Below, in pieces: positions 51,406 to 62,009 of a stretch of DNA of 64,000 nucleotides. The stretch lies in contig CAVSLC010000023.1 in the NCBI GenBank assembly GCA_963728565.1, forward strand, positions 64,001 through 128,000, read 5' to 3'. This DNA is from an uncultured delta proteobacterium (GTDB taxonomy: Bacteria > Desulfobacterota > Binatia > UBA9968). The notes beneath the pieces are model-generated. The model was not told the DNA's origin and searched no databases. It was given only the letters and a program-made list of their open reading frames with translations. The first letter of the stretch is position 1. Each line of letters begins with the position of its first letter. Position numbers and translations under genes: made by a program.

Positions 51406-52509
51406 ATGTATATCGATGGCGATACTCATTATTGGCCGGTGCGCTTTATCGAACGAGTCGATCATCCCGGCCGAGGGCACGTTGAGCTCAAAAAAGGCGC
51501 CGGCGAAATGATCCGCTATGGCGAGAAATTTCCCGGCGATGCCGCGACCTACTACCGCGACGGCAAGAAGATTCATTCTTTCAGCGAAACTCGCTGGAAC
51601 CTGGAGATCCGCCACGACGTTATGGACCGCGAAGGCTTCGATTACCAGGTGGTAATTCCTGACAACCGGCCGCTCATCTACGAAGTGGAGCCGTCTCTGG
51701 GCAATGCCATGGCGCGCGCCTACAACGATACGGTTGCCGAGGATATTGGCGGCAGCGACCGATTCATCCCGATCTCCTGGGTGTATTTGCCTGACGTCGC
51801 TGAGGCTGTGCGTGAACTGAGGCGCTCTGTGACGGAACTTGGCTTCAAAGGCGTAAAATTGATGGGTGGTCATCAAAACTGCGATCTCGACGCCGAGGTG
51901 CTCTGGCCTTTCTACGAAGAGGTCTGCAAGCTGGATGTGCCGGTTTTGGTTCATCCCGGAACGCGCATCTTCGAAGCCCAGGATTGTCACCCCTGGCTGG
52001 TCGGCAGCGAACGCTACGATGGTTTTAAAATGCTCGCCACCGCGCTCGGTTTTCCGCTGACTTATATGGTGAGCGCGGCGCGACTTATCATGAGCGGTAC
52101 GCTGGATCGATTTCCAAACTTGCGGTTTGCCTTCTTCGAGGGGGGCATTGGTTGGGTGCCGTGGCTAATGAAGACGTTGAATCATCACACGTTATCCGAG
52201 TCGCCGGGGACGACATCGGTGAACGATTTCTTCAAAGGCAGAGATCGCTTGAAGAAAGAACCGAGCGCTTACTTCGAGCAGCTGTATGTCGCGGCCATTG
52301 CCTGGGAAGATTATCTGCCGAAAATCGTGGAAATTTGGCCCGACCACAACATCATCATCGGCAGCGATTTCGATCATGGCGACGCGATCTCGACCTGGCC
52401 TAACACGGTTGCGCCGATCAGAGCCATGCGCGGCTTGAGCGATAGAGACAAAGATAAGATTCTCGGCGGCAACGCCATGAAGCTGTTCGGCATGAAGGTG
52501 ACGCACTAG
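51406..52509 (+). CDS. Amidohydrolase family 2 (ACMSD/LigW-like) protein
   Basis: IDGDTHY, ARAYND, LWPFYE...VLVHP, GTLDRFPNLRFAFFEGGIGW, GSDFDH and ILGGNA. Confidence 0.88.
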   Translation: MYIDGDTHYWPVRFIERVDHPGRGHVELKKGAGEMIRYGEKFPGDAATYYRDGKKIHSFSETRWNLEIRHDVMDREGFDYQVVIPDNRPLIYEVEPSLGNAMARAYNDTVAEDIGGSDRFIPISWVYLPDVAEAVRELRRSVTELGFKGVKLMGGHQNCDLDAEVLWPFYEEVCKLDVPVLVHPGTRIFEAQDCHPWLVGSERYDGFKMLATALGFPLTYMVSAARLIMSGTLDRFPNLRFAFFEGGIGWVPWLMKTLNHHTLSESPGTTSVNDFFKGRDRLKKEPSAYFEQLYVAAIAWEDYLPKIVEIWPDHNIIIGSDFDHGDAISTWPNTVAPIRAMRGLSDRDKDKILGGNAMKLFGMKVTH

Positions 52510-52845
52510 CAGCTTGTCGAAAAAACTCGCACGCTCGTAGGGATCACTTGGCTTTGCAAATAAGTAATCAGCAGTACGCCGCTCTGATCAATTGCGGACC
52601 TTGCGTCTGAGCCTTTGAACAGCCTGGATTCAGAACTTTTCAGAATGTTTCGACGGCGGAGAACCGCGATCGTGGAATGTCGCGGCGCGGATCATTGGAC
52701 CATTTCTATTGATTAGGCGCATAGCGTCTGGCACCGGTCAACTTCGCGATTGCACGGTGGACTTCAAGAGAAGCGATAGTGCGCTGAGACGCGGCGCAAA
52801 TTTTTATGTTTAATCCGATCTGTTCGTATGAAATGGAGGTTTGAG

Positions 52846-53871
52846 ATGGGCAAATTTCATGTGGTTTATTTTGGCAGCAATGATGTGCCGGTGGAGCTGA
52901 TCAAGCCGATCTTGGCGGAAATCGATGCCGATATGACGATCAGGCGGCCGACCAACGATGCCGAGGTAGTCGAAATGGGCAAAGATGCCGATGGCATCAT
53001 CATGCATGGCTCGGTGCCGTTAACAAGAGAGATCATTTCACAACTCAAGCGTTGTAAAGTTGTCTGCCGCACCGGTGTCGGAGTCGATCGGATGGATCTT
53101 AAAGCAGCTTCCGATCACGGGATGATTATCTGCAATGCGGCTGGCTGCAATTCCATCGAAGTATCGGAACAGACGATCGGACTACTGATCGCTATCTCGA
53201 GAAAGCTCGTGCGCATGAATCAGTACGTGCGCGACGGTAAATGGCGGCGGCATACTGCCGAACTGCATGCCTATCGCGGCCGGGTTTATCGCATTCAGGG
53301 GCGCACGTTGGGGATCGTCGGGCTCGGCCATGTCGGTCGACAAGTGGCGCCGCGAGCCCACGGAATGAGGCTGAATGTACAAGCCGTCGATCCGTATCTG
53401 GATTCCAAAGTTGCCCAGTCCCTCGGCGTAAAGCTGGTGTCGTTTGATGAGCTGGTTGCAACATCGGACTTCATCAGCCTTCATGCGCCTCTCACGAGAC
53501 AAACCCGCAAAATGTTTAGTACGCCCCAGTTCAAAGCCATGAAAAAAACCGCCTACTTGATCAATTGCGCGCGCGGCGGTCTGGTCGACACTGAGGGTTT
53601 GTATGAAGCGCTGATGGCTGGAGAATTGGCCGGAGCGGCCCTAGACGTTACCGAACCGGAACCGTTGCCGCCGGACCACAAGATTCTTACCCTTCCAAAT
53701 GTAATCGTAACATGTCACACCGCCGCGAACTCCGATGAGTCCTACATCGATTGCCAGACACATGCGGCGCGTGAAGTTGTCAATGTTCTTAGCGGCAGAG
53801 GCCCAAGCACTGAAGTCAAAGATCCCTGGTTGTTGGCTGAAGCGCAGGATGAAGGATTCGGCGGCGTGTAA
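52846..53871 (+). CDS. D-isomer-specific 2-hydroxyacid dehydrogenase
   Basis: RTGVGVD, LGIVGLGHVG, DFISLHAPLT, LINCARG, AALDVTEPEP and TCHTA. Confidence 0.92.
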   Translation: MGKFHVVYFGSNDVPVELIKPILAEIDADMTIRRPTNDAEVVEMGKDADGIIMHGSVPLTREIISQLKRCKVVCRTGVGVDRMDLKAASDHGMIICNAAGCNSIEVSEQTIGLLIAISRKLVRMNQYVRDGKWRRHTAELHAYRGRVYRIQGRTLGIVGLGHVGRQVAPRAHGMRLNVQAVDPYLDSKVAQSLGVKLVSFDELVATSDFISLHAPLTRQTRKMFSTPQFKAMKKTAYLINCARGGLVDTEGLYEALMAGELAGAALDVTEPEPLPPDHKILTLPNVIVTCHTAANSDESYIDCQTHAAREVVNVLSGRGPSTEVKDPWLLAEAQDEGFGGV

Positions 53872-54132
53872 CGTCCACCTGGTTAATCCGGCTTACTTAT
53901 ACTATGAGCTGATGCTCTCCGCGCGCCGAGTATTCGCGATGTTTTCACCGCTGCAAAATTTGATTTCAGGCGTGGCCATTCTTTGTTTGTAGCGTTCCCC
54001 CTTCAAACTTTCACTAGACGCGATGCTACACTGATCCGCATCCGGGAAATATTACAAATAAAGGATTTATGTTGAAGCTATCTTGAGTTGAGGCGCCAGA
54101 TTACATACTCTTCAGCCAGGAGGTATCGTGTT

Positions 54133-54519
54133 ATGTCAGTAAATCTCGAAGCCGCGGTTATGGAAAATATAAATGAACTCAAAGTGGCAATCTCTGAAAA
54201 GGCTCTCGAAGTAGCCGACTTGGAGAAAGAGTTGAAGCGCTATGAGTCCGTCCTGGCTCTGCTGCGTGATGATCACAATAGGAATGCGAGAAGAAAAGGT
54301 CGACCACGCGGAAAAACAGATCTCGCCGAGGTGCTAGGCGGGCTGCCCGAAACATTTACCAGCAAGGAATTTATCAAGGCGGCGACGCGCACCAAAAAAC
54401 CGTCGGTTTACCTTCGACTGGCGCTTTCCAGATGGGCAAAGGAAGGAAGAGTCAAGCGATTAGAAAGAGGTAAATACCAGAAGGTTAGAAACGGTAGCTC
54501 GCATCGGCTTGCGGCCTGA
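54133..54519 (+). CDS. Orphan basic protein: coiled coil + AT-hook-like motif + winged-helix-like C-terminus
   Basis: RBS AGGAGG; heptad region (INELKVAISEKALEVADLEKELKRYE), RRKGRPRGK and LSRWAKEGRVKRLERGKY. Confidence 0.65.
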   Translation: MSVNLEAAVMENINELKVAISEKALEVADLEKELKRYESVLALLRDDHNRNARRKGRPRGKTDLAEVLGGLPETFTSKEFIKAATRTKKPSVYLRLALSRWAKEGRVKRLERGKYQKVRNGSSHRLAA

Positions 54520-54559
54520 TCGCATCAAATCGTTGTTCAGTTTTTCCGTAATGTAGTAA

Positions 54560-54584
54560 AGGCTCCGGTCGATGACCGGAGCCT
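54560..54584. terminator. Hairpin between convergent genes
   Basis: Perfect 11-bp stem AGGCTCCGGTC-GAT-GACCGGAGCCT. The upstream A-rich tract would give the U-tail on the minus strand. Confidence 0.65.
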
Positions 54585-54758
54585 CACCACCTCCGAACTG
54601 CAACAATCAAAATAGTAGCGGGAAGGGATTCCCGTTCATCTAGGGGTGTGAGGTGCAGCTTGTGCAATGGCTGCCGTTTGGCGGCGAACCCAGGCAGCTG
54701 TGATGGATAACTCGCAACCCAGCTGGTTATGACCACGTCACGTCAGTCTATTGTTCTT

Positions 54759-55571
54759 TTACCTCCCGGCCCGAGTGGCGGTCCATTTGCCGCCGGATTT
54801 GAGCGATCCGTTCATCGAGTTGCCGTTAACCCGCCCGTTGTATTGTCCCTCGCCGGCAGTGAAGGTAATCTCCTCGCCGTTTAGTTTGCCGTTGACCGGT
54901 GTGACGACGTTGCCGGATTTCAGAGTGCCGCTGATCATCTGAAAGGTTTGTTTAAGCGTCATCTCGCCATTAGGCAGCTTCCAGGTTCCGTTTATTTTCG
55001 CCGGCACGATCCACAGGTAGGCTGTGCACCAGTTGCTGCATCCTTCCGCGTTGGCGGTTTCGTCAGGCTTCCATTCTTCCATATCAAAAGAATTCGATAC
55101 AATGCGCGTGCCGGGTTTTAAGTCGAGGATCTTGGGACGAAGTTTGAGGTTGATACTGGGCAGGAGGAACATGGTGATCACCTGAGCTTGCGAGAAATCG
55201 CTTTCGAACAAGTCCGCCTTAGCAAAGGTGGCTCGGTCGCTGACGCCTTCTTTGGCGGCATTGCGCTTGGCGAGCTCGACCATGTCCGGATTGTATTCGA
55301 TGCCGTGAGCCTTGGCGCCGCGTTTAGCTGCCGTAATTACAGTGCGGCCATCGCCCGAACCCAGATCGATGACATAATCTTTGGCGGTGACTTTTGCCAT
55401 ATCGAGCATCTTGTCGACCAGAGCCTGAGGCGTCGGCACCCAGACCACGTCCTTGCCTTCTTGGCCGACCTGCGGTTCGTATTGCTTTGCCGGCTGGGCA
55501 AATCCGATTGCGGTAATCAGAGAAAGGCCAAGCGCCAATGATAAACTGCTGGATAAACGCGATACAATCAT
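54759..55571 (-). CDS. Class I SAM-dependent methyltransferase with signal peptide (copy 2)
   Basis: DVVWVPTP, VIDLGSGDGR, GIEYN and GTRIVS; N-terminal signal peptide. Confidence 0.88.
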   Translation of the reverse strand: MIVSRLSSSLSLALGLSLITAIGFAQPAKQYEPQVGQEGKDVVWVPTPQALVDKMLDMAKVTAKDYVIDLGSGDGRTVITAAKRGAKAHGIEYNPDMVELAKRNAAKEGVSDRATFAKADLFESDFSQAQVITMFLLPSINLKLRPKILDLKPGTRIVSNSFDMEEWKPDETANAEGCSNWCTAYLWIVPAKINGTWKLPNGEMTLKQTFQMISGTLKSGNVVTPVNGKLNGEEITFTAGEGQYNGRVNGNSMNGSLKSGGKWTATRAGR

Positions 55572-55901
55572 CTAATCCTCCCAGATCGGTGATACTGGCA
55601 GTATCGACCGGAGAATAGAGCAGACAAAACGATCGATTCATACCTTAGCGATGCGCAATTGTCTAGAAAGGAAGAGCAGGATAACTTGGCGCTCCTAGGC
55701 GGCGCGAAGAAGTTGGATGGGTTGTTTGTGTCATTCGTCCAAGCAGCGAGAGAAACTAAGGCCCAAGTCAAAAGACTTGGGCCGCGTTTTTGTGAGCTGT
55801 TGAGATGCCGGCGCGCGGGTACCAACCTGGAGCGATAAGCAGAATGCCGCGCTTGAAGTCGGCGGCAGCAAATTGATCTACTCCAGGGTTCTGGTCACGC
55901 T

Positions 55902-56714
55902 TTACCGCTTCGTGGCGCTCCATTTGCCGCCGGATTTGAGCGATCCGTTCATCGAGTTGCCGTTAACCCGCCCGTTGTATTGTCCCTCGCCGGCAGTGAA
56001 GGTAATCTCCTCGCCGTTTAGTTTGCCGTTGACCGGTGTGATGACGTTGCCGGATTTTAGAGTGCCGCTGATCATCTGAAAGGTTTGTTTAAGCGTCAGC
56101 TCGCCATTAGGCAGCTTCCACGTCCCGTCTACCTTCGCCGGCACGATCCACAGGTAGGCTGTGCAATAACCATTGCAATTATCGGCCCTGCCCGTTTCAT
56201 CCGCCTTCCATTCTCCCATATCGAAAGTATTCGAAACGATGCGCGTTCCCGGTTTGAGATCGAGAATCTTAGGGCGGAGCTTCATATTGATGCTCGACAG
56301 GAGAAACATCGTGATTACCTGAGCCTGTGAGAAATCGCTTTCGAACAAGTCCGCCTTAGCAAAGGTGGCTCGGTCGCTGACGCCTTCTTTGGCGGCATTG
56401 CGCTTGGCGAGCTCGACCATGTCCGGATTGTATTCGATGCCGTGAGCCTTGGCGCCGCGTTTAGCTGCCGTAATTACAGTGCGGCCATCGCCCGAACCCA
56501 GATCGATGACATAATCTTTGGCGGTGACTTTTGCCATATCGAGCATCTTGTCGACCAGAGCCTGAGGCGTCGGCACCCAGACCACATCCTTTCCTTCTTG
56601 GCCGACCTCGGGCTCATAGCTTTTCGCCGGCTGCGCTTGTGCCGCCCCGGAAGCGCCGACCAGGGCGACGCACATAGACAAGATTAATACTCGCGCGAAA
56701 TACGCTGCGTTCAT
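55902..56714 (-). CDS. Class I SAM-dependent methyltransferase with signal peptide (copy 1)
   Basis: Same motifs as 54759-55571 at an offset of 1137 bp; different signal peptide. Confidence 0.88.
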   Translation of the reverse strand: MNAAYFARVLILSMCVALVGASGAAQAQPAKSYEPEVGQEGKDVVWVPTPQALVDKMLDMAKVTAKDYVIDLGSGDGRTVITAAKRGAKAHGIEYNPDMVELAKRNAAKEGVSDRATFAKADLFESDFSQAQVITMFLLSSINMKLRPKILDLKPGTRIVSNTFDMGEWKADETGRADNCNGYCTAYLWIVPAKVDGTWKLPNGELTLKQTFQMISGTLKSGNVITPVNGKLNGEEITFTAGEGQYNGRVNGNSMNGSLKSGGKWSATKR

Positions 56715-57349
56715 AAGTCCTCCATTTACATTATTGCCTGAGCATAGCAGGTTCGAACATGGGAGTGGAGTGCCGATAACAGTCCAATTTGTATTCTGCT
56801 AACTATGTCAATGTCTTGACGCCGCAACAATTCCGATCGCATGATGTCGTTATTCCGCACAATCCACGACCGATCCAGGAGCCTTGAGCCGCCGCACAAT
56901 AGCTATTTTGATTCTCTGATGGTTCGAAGGTTGCGACCCCGAGGGCATGAATACCAACGCGAAAGAAAAATTCACAACACACGTTCGAAGCTGTCGGCTG
57001 TCGTTTGAACCGACTACCTTTGCGCGGCAGCCCGGGGCCGGCGAGGACCTGGGACCGCCAGATGCAAAAAACCGATGATATTATGGAACAGAAGAAAAGT
57101 ATCGAGATTGGAGCCAAGTATATCTAGAAGAGGGCGGGTGATCCTTGCGGCGCCGTGCGCGATGTGCGGCTGGTAAATCGTTATTGAGATAGGTTTTGAA
57201 AGATTTCCCGCCGCGGCAGCCGGCACTGGGTATAGCTCGGGTTTTCTCCGCACCCCTCCATTGCAACCTTCCTGTTGCTTTATCCTGTCGGGCTAGCTAC
57301 AAAATAGGACGACTCACCGAGGTTCCGTTAGAGATACAAGGAGCAGTCA

Positions 57350-60043
57350 ATGGCACAGAAGTATGTGGACAGCTTCGGCACGCGCAAGGTGCTGAGAGTG
57401 GGCGATCGAGGCTATGATATTTTCCGGCTCGATCTGCTAGAGAACGCGGGCTTTCAGAACATTTCTCGATTGCCTGTTTCTCTCAAGGTTTTATTGGAAA
57501 ACCTGTTAAGGCAGGAAGACAACCATCACGTTACCAAGGGCGACATTGAAGCGCTTGCAAATTGGAACCCGAAGGTTAAGTCGGAAAAAGAGATTGCGTT
57601 TATGCCGGCGCGGGTGCTGATGCAGGATCTAACTGGAGTTCCCGCCGTGGTCGATCTCGCGGCGATGCGCGAGGCGATGAAGCGTTTAGGCGGCGATCCG
57701 ACGAAAATCAATCCGCTAGCTCCTGTCGATCTGGTGATTGATCATTCCGTCCAAGTCGATTTTTTCGGCAGCGCGGATGCGTTGCACAAGAATTCGGAAA
57801 TAGAGTTCAAGCGAAATGTCGAACGTTATGCATTCTTAAGATGGGGCCAAACGGCTTTTGACAATTTCCGCCTGATCCCGCCCGATACCGGAATTTGCCA
57901 TCAGGTGAACCTCGAATATCTGGCGCCGGTGGTTTTCCGCGCGCAAAAAGACGGCGCGCACTTCGCGTATCCTGATACCGTTGTCGGCACCGACTCACAC
58001 ACCACCATGATCAATGGTTTGGGTGTCGTCGGCTGGGGAGTAGGTGGCATCGAAGCGGAAGCGGCGCTGCTTGGCCAGCCGATCATCATGCTCATCCCCG
58101 AAGTGATCGGTTTTAAGCTGCACGGCAAACTTCCGGAGGGAGCAACCGCAACGGATCTGGTTTTGACGGTTGTGCAGATGCTCAGGAAAAAGGGAGTGGT
58201 TGAGAAGTTCGTCGAGTTTTACGGCGCAGGTTTGTCTAGTCTGAGCTTGGCCGATCGCGCGACCATCGGCAACATGGGGCCTGAATACGGCGCGACCATT
58301 GGGTACTTCCCAATTGACGACGAGACCTTGCGCTACTTGGAACTAACCGGCCGGGACCGACACCTCATCAACCTGGTTGAAAGCTATGCCAAAGAGCAAG
58401 GCATGTTCCGCACCGATTCTTCGGCCGATCCTATGTTCACCGATTCACTCGAGCTTGATCTGGCAACGGTGGTGCCGAGCTTGTCGGGTCCGCGCCGGCC
58501 GCAAGATCGGATACCGCTGACCGAAAGCAAGAAATCATTCAAAGAAGTGTTGCCCTCTCTGATGAAGGGTGGGGATGTCAACAAGACGGTCACCGTGCAG
58601 AATAATGGCGACAAGTTCGCGCTCACGCATGGCTCGGTTGTCATCTCGGCGATCACGAGTTGCACGAACACATCAAATCCGTCGGTCATGATCGGCGCCG
58701 GATTGCTGGCCAAAAAGGCCGCAGAGAAGGGCCTGGCGAGTAAACCCTGGGTGAAAACCAGTCTGGCACCTGGGTCGAAGGTGGTGACCGAGTATCTAAA
58801 GGATAGCGGCCTTCTGCCGTACTTGGAAGCTATCGGATTTCATCTGGTTGGCTATGGCTGCACCACCTGCATCGGCAATAGCGGACCACTGCCTGAACCA
58901 GTGGTTAACGCGATTCAGGACGGGGACTTGGTTGCCGCTGCGGTGTTATCCGGCAACCGAAACTTCGAAGGCCGTATTCATCCTAATGTCCGCGCCAATT
59001 ATCTCGCCTCACCGCCTCTGGTAGTTGCCTATGCGTTGGCCGGTAGTATGGATACCGATCTCTATAGCGAACCGCTGGGAAATGATTTGGAGGGTAAGCC
59101 GGTTTATTTGCGAGACATTTGGCCGACGCCCCAAGAAGTTCAAGAGACTATGCGTAAATCGGTGCGGTCGGAGATGTTTAAAAAGGAATATAGTCAGGCC
59201 ACCGAAGGCGATGAGCAGTGGAAGAACATGCCGGTGCCGCAGGGCGAGCTCTTCCAATGGGATCCCCAGTCGACATACGTGCGTGAAGCGCCCTACTTCG
59301 CCGGGATGTCGAGAACCCCGGCCGAGCTCAAGGAGATCAAAGGAGCGCGTGTCTTAGCGCTGCTCGGTGATTCGGTTACCACCGATCATATTTCGCCGGC
59401 GGGTTCCATCGAGAGAAACGGCCCGGCGGCGCGCTACCTCACCAACAATGATGTTTTGCCCAAAGACTTTAACCAGTATGGCGCTCGTCGCGGTAATCAT
59501 GAAGTCATGATGCGCGGAACATTTGCAAATATCCGTTTGAAAAATATGCTGGCGCCGGACACTGAAGGCGGCGTGACGGTTCATTTGCCGGACAAGAAGC
59601 CAATGTCAATCTACGACGCCGCGATGCAGTATCAAAAGGAAGGTATCCCGCTCATAGTTGTCGCTGGAAAGGAGTACGGCTCCGGTTCCTCGCGTGACTG
59701 GGCCGCCAAAGGCCCGCGCTTGTTAGGTGTGAAAGCAGTTATCGCCGAGAGTTATGAACGTATTCACCGTAGTAACTTGATTGGCATGGGAATCGTGCCG
59801 CTGCAGTTCAAGTCTGGTGAAAACCTGAAGTATCATAATCTTACCGGCTTTGAGACTTTCGAAATCGTCGGCATCTCGGCCGGCCTCAAGTTGAGACAAA
59901 CTCTTACCGTGAGAGCGACGAGGGATGACGGCGAGGTTCAAGAGTTCACGGTTATTTGCCGCATCGATACCCCGGCCGAGCTTGAATACTACCGTCACGG
60001 CGGAATCTTGGAGTTCGTGCTCAGGCAACTCCTACAGAGCTGA
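57350..60043 (+). CDS. acnA: Aconitate hydratase A
   Basis: [52 protein letters not shown] and [10 protein letters not shown]. Confidence 0.97.
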   Translation: MAQKYVDSFGTRKVLRVGDRGYDIFRLDLLENAGFQNISRLPVSLKVLLENLLRQEDNHHVTKGDIEALANWNPKVKSEKEIAFMPARVLMQDLTGVPAVVDLAAMREAMKRLGGDPTKINPLAPVDLVIDHSVQVDFFGSADALHKNSEIEFKRNVERYAFLRWGQTAFDNFRLIPPDTGICHQVNLEYLAPVVFRAQKDGAHFAYPDTVVGTDSHTTMINGLGVVGWGVGGIEAEAALLGQPIIMLIPEVIGFKLHGKLPEGATATDLVLTVVQMLRKKGVVEKFVEFYGAGLSSLSLADRATIGNMGPEYGATIGYFPIDDETLRYLELTGRDRHLINLVESYAKEQGMFRTDSSADPMFTDSLELDLATVVPSLSGPRRPQDRIPLTESKKSFKEVLPSLMKGGDVNKTVTVQNNGDKFALTHGSVVISAITSCTNTSNPSVMIGAGLLAKKAAEKGLASKPWVKTSLAPGSKVVTEYLKDSGLLPYLEAIGFHLVGYGCTTCIGNSGPLPEPVVNAIQDGDLVAAAVLSGNRNFEGRIHPNVRANYLASPPLVVAYALAGSMDTDLYSEPLGNDLEGKPVYLRDIWPTPQEVQETMRKSVRSEMFKKEYSQATEGDEQWKNMPVPQGELFQWDPQSTYVREAPYFAGMSRTPAELKEIKGARVLALLGDSVTTDHISPAGSIERNGPAARYLTNNDVLPKDFNQYGARRGNHEVMMRGTFANIRLKNMLAPDTEGGVTVHLPDKKPMSIYDAAMQYQKEGIPLIVVAGKEYGSGSSRDWAAKGPRLLGVKAVIAESYERIHRSNLIGMGIVPLQFKSGENLKYHNLTGFETFEIVGISAGLKLRQTLTVRATRDDGEVQEFTVICRIDTPAELEYYRHGGILEFVLRQLLQS

Positions 60044-60110
60044 CCGCTGAAAGAAGATTCGAACACTCCAGGAAGATTGAGCTTGGGCCAGCCCCTGGCA
60101 TTCCCGACCA

Positions 60111-61028
60111 ATGCCGATGAATCGGAGACAAGCGCTTGGGTTAATCGGACCGGGTCTGGCGCTTCTCTTCGGCTCTGCGCGACTACTCCGTGGAAATACT
60201 TACGCCGTTGAAAGGCCGATAATGAATCAACCAGCTCACATCGCAAATTTTACCGCGGCTAATCCAGGCATGATGACGTTGCAGGGGACCAACCAATATA
60301 TCGTCGGCAAGGACAGCGCGGTTGTCATCGATGTGGCGCTGAGCTCAGACGGAAACATGGATGGCATCATCGAACAGGCCGAAGCCATGGGTGTCAAAAA
60401 AATCGAAAAGATCCTTCTGACGCATATCCATATCGATCACTGTGGTGGGGCATTGGCTCTTAAGAAGCGCACCGCCGCAAAGCTCGGCATTCACCGTTCG
60501 CGCGCAGGCTATCTGGGCGGGGAGGACTTTCGGTACGATGACCAAGATCGGATTCCGTTTGGTGGCGGCGAGCTCCAAGTGCTGCACACTCCAGGTCATG
60601 AATCGGGCCACTGCTGTTTCTATGAATCAGGCGAGAAGGTGCTGTTTAGCGGTGACAACATTTTGGGATACGGAACGGCCGTGATTCATCCGCCTGATGG
60701 TAACATGACCGATTACTTGCAATCGTTGGAGCGGCTGTTGGAGTTCAATATCGATTTGATTCTGCCCGGACACGGGCCTTTGGTTGGCAAACCGGAGGCA
60801 AAGATCAGGGAATACTTGCGGCATCGGATGATGCGCGAGAAGCAGGTGGTCGATGCCTTGCGCAAGGGACTTAATACCATCGGGGATATCACCCAATCCA
60901 TCTATGTGGATGTGTCCGCCGGCCTGCAAAGGGTGGCGGAGTTTTCAGTTCAGGCGCATCTGGAGAAGCTAATCCGCGACGAACGGGTAAAAAGACAAGA
61001 TGGCCGCTATTATCTGCTCGGCCATTGA
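60111..61028 (+). CDS. MBL-fold metallo-hydrolase with C-terminal winged helix (LACTB2-like); start uncertain (60111 or 60222)
   Basis: NPGMMTLQGTNQY, THIHIDH, HTPGH, FSGD, PGHGP and AHLEKL. Confidence 0.88.
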   Translation: MPMNRRQALGLIGPGLALLFGSARLLRGNTYAVERPIMNQPAHIANFTAANPGMMTLQGTNQYIVGKDSAVVIDVALSSDGNMDGIIEQAEAMGVKKIEKILLTHIHIDHCGGALALKKRTAAKLGIHRSRAGYLGGEDFRYDDQDRIPFGGGELQVLHTPGHESGHCCFYESGEKVLFSGDNILGYGTAVIHPPDGNMTDYLQSLERLLEFNIDLILPGHGPLVGKPEAKIREYLRHRMMREKQVVDALRKGLNTIGDITQSIYVDVSAGLQRVAEFSVQAHLEKLIRDERVKRQDGRYYLLGH

Positions 61029-61248
61029 TCCATTCTGCCGAATCAATGGCATCGATTCGGGACCGCGATTTGTCAACAACCCGATCTGCCCGTCCTCGGG
61101 ACGTCTAACGTAAAACCTGACAGTGAAACTTTGGCCTGAGCAGAAAATCGCTTGCTGCCGACTGCGTCGCCGCCTCTGAAGAACCGGCAACAATTAACAA
61201 AGAGCCTGAAAACCGTGCGTGGGTATAAGGCGTTGCGACCGCACTGAT

Positions 61249-61914
61249 CTACCACTTCTCTAAAATAACAACCGGATAGCCCTCCTGTGTCACCCGTCGC
61301 GCTTGTTCTTCGGCTCTGGACCGAGTAGAAAATTGTCCGAGTTGGACACGATAAAACGTGCTCGCGCCGGTGTTCAACGGGACAATGGCGACCTCGGAAA
61401 ACTTCGAGGCGACCCGGTCGCGCAGCTGGCGAGCATTCTCGAGTACTGAAAACGAGCCTAGCTGAAGCGTGTAGTCGAGTGAATCTTTAATCAAGGATAT
61501 TTTGTCAGCGCGGTCACCGACAACTTCGATCCGCACCGGAATGGTTCCGGGACCAATCACGCCGAGTGCTTCCGCCGCCGCATAGGATAAATCTATAATT
61601 CTTCCCTTCGCGAAGGGGCCACGATCGTTGATCAGAACTTCTATGGCTCTGCCATTATCTAAGTTGGTTACCAGCACTCGAGTGCCGAGCGGCAATGTTT
61701 GATGCGCCGCCGTGAGATCGTGTTGATTATAGATGACGCCGCTGGCAGTAGTCTTGCCGTGAAAACCGGGCCCATACCATGAAGCGATGCCGGTTTGACT
61801 GACGCGCGGCGCGGTTACAGGAGGAGGGACTCTCGAGGCCGGCAAGGAACATGCTGCCAGGTAGATGACCGTTATCGAGAGGAAAACGAGCTGCAAATTG
61901 GAAATCGGCTTCAA
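61249..61914 (-). CDS. rlpA: Septal ring lytic transglycosylase RlpA lipoprotein with SPOR domain
   Basis: Lipobox LAAC; GIASWYG, TAAHQTLP and INDRGPF..GRIIDLS; SPOR (LQLGSF...YRVQLG). Confidence 0.92.
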   Translation of the reverse strand: MKPISNLQLVFLSITVIYLAACSLPASRVPPPVTAPRVSQTGIASWYGPGFHGKTTASGVIYNQHDLTAAHQTLPLGTRVLVTNLDNGRAIEVLINDRGPFAKGRIIDLSYAAAEALGVIGPGTIPVRIEVVGDRADKISLIKDSLDYTLQLGSFSVLENARQLRDRVASKFSEVAIVPLNTGASTFYRVQLGQFSTRSRAEEQARRVTQEGYPVVILEKW

Positions 61915-62009
61915 GATCCCCTCCAGGCAAAATCGTCAGGATCGATGTTTATCGAATCCCTGGCGCCACCAAAGCACATCGAAACGGAGTCCCGTTCGAC
62001 ATGCCCAAA

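Noticed and set aside
52509-52660. Degenerate MITE-like element (GCAGCTTGTCGAAAAA ... TTTGAACAGCCTG)
   Set aside because: The inverted ends are poor, there is one copy in the window and no target-site duplication is visible.
54610-54630. tRNA 3'-end-like fragment (AGTAGCGGGAAGGGATTC) as an att site
   Set aside because: Too short, no full T-arm or cloverleaf, and no integrase nearby.
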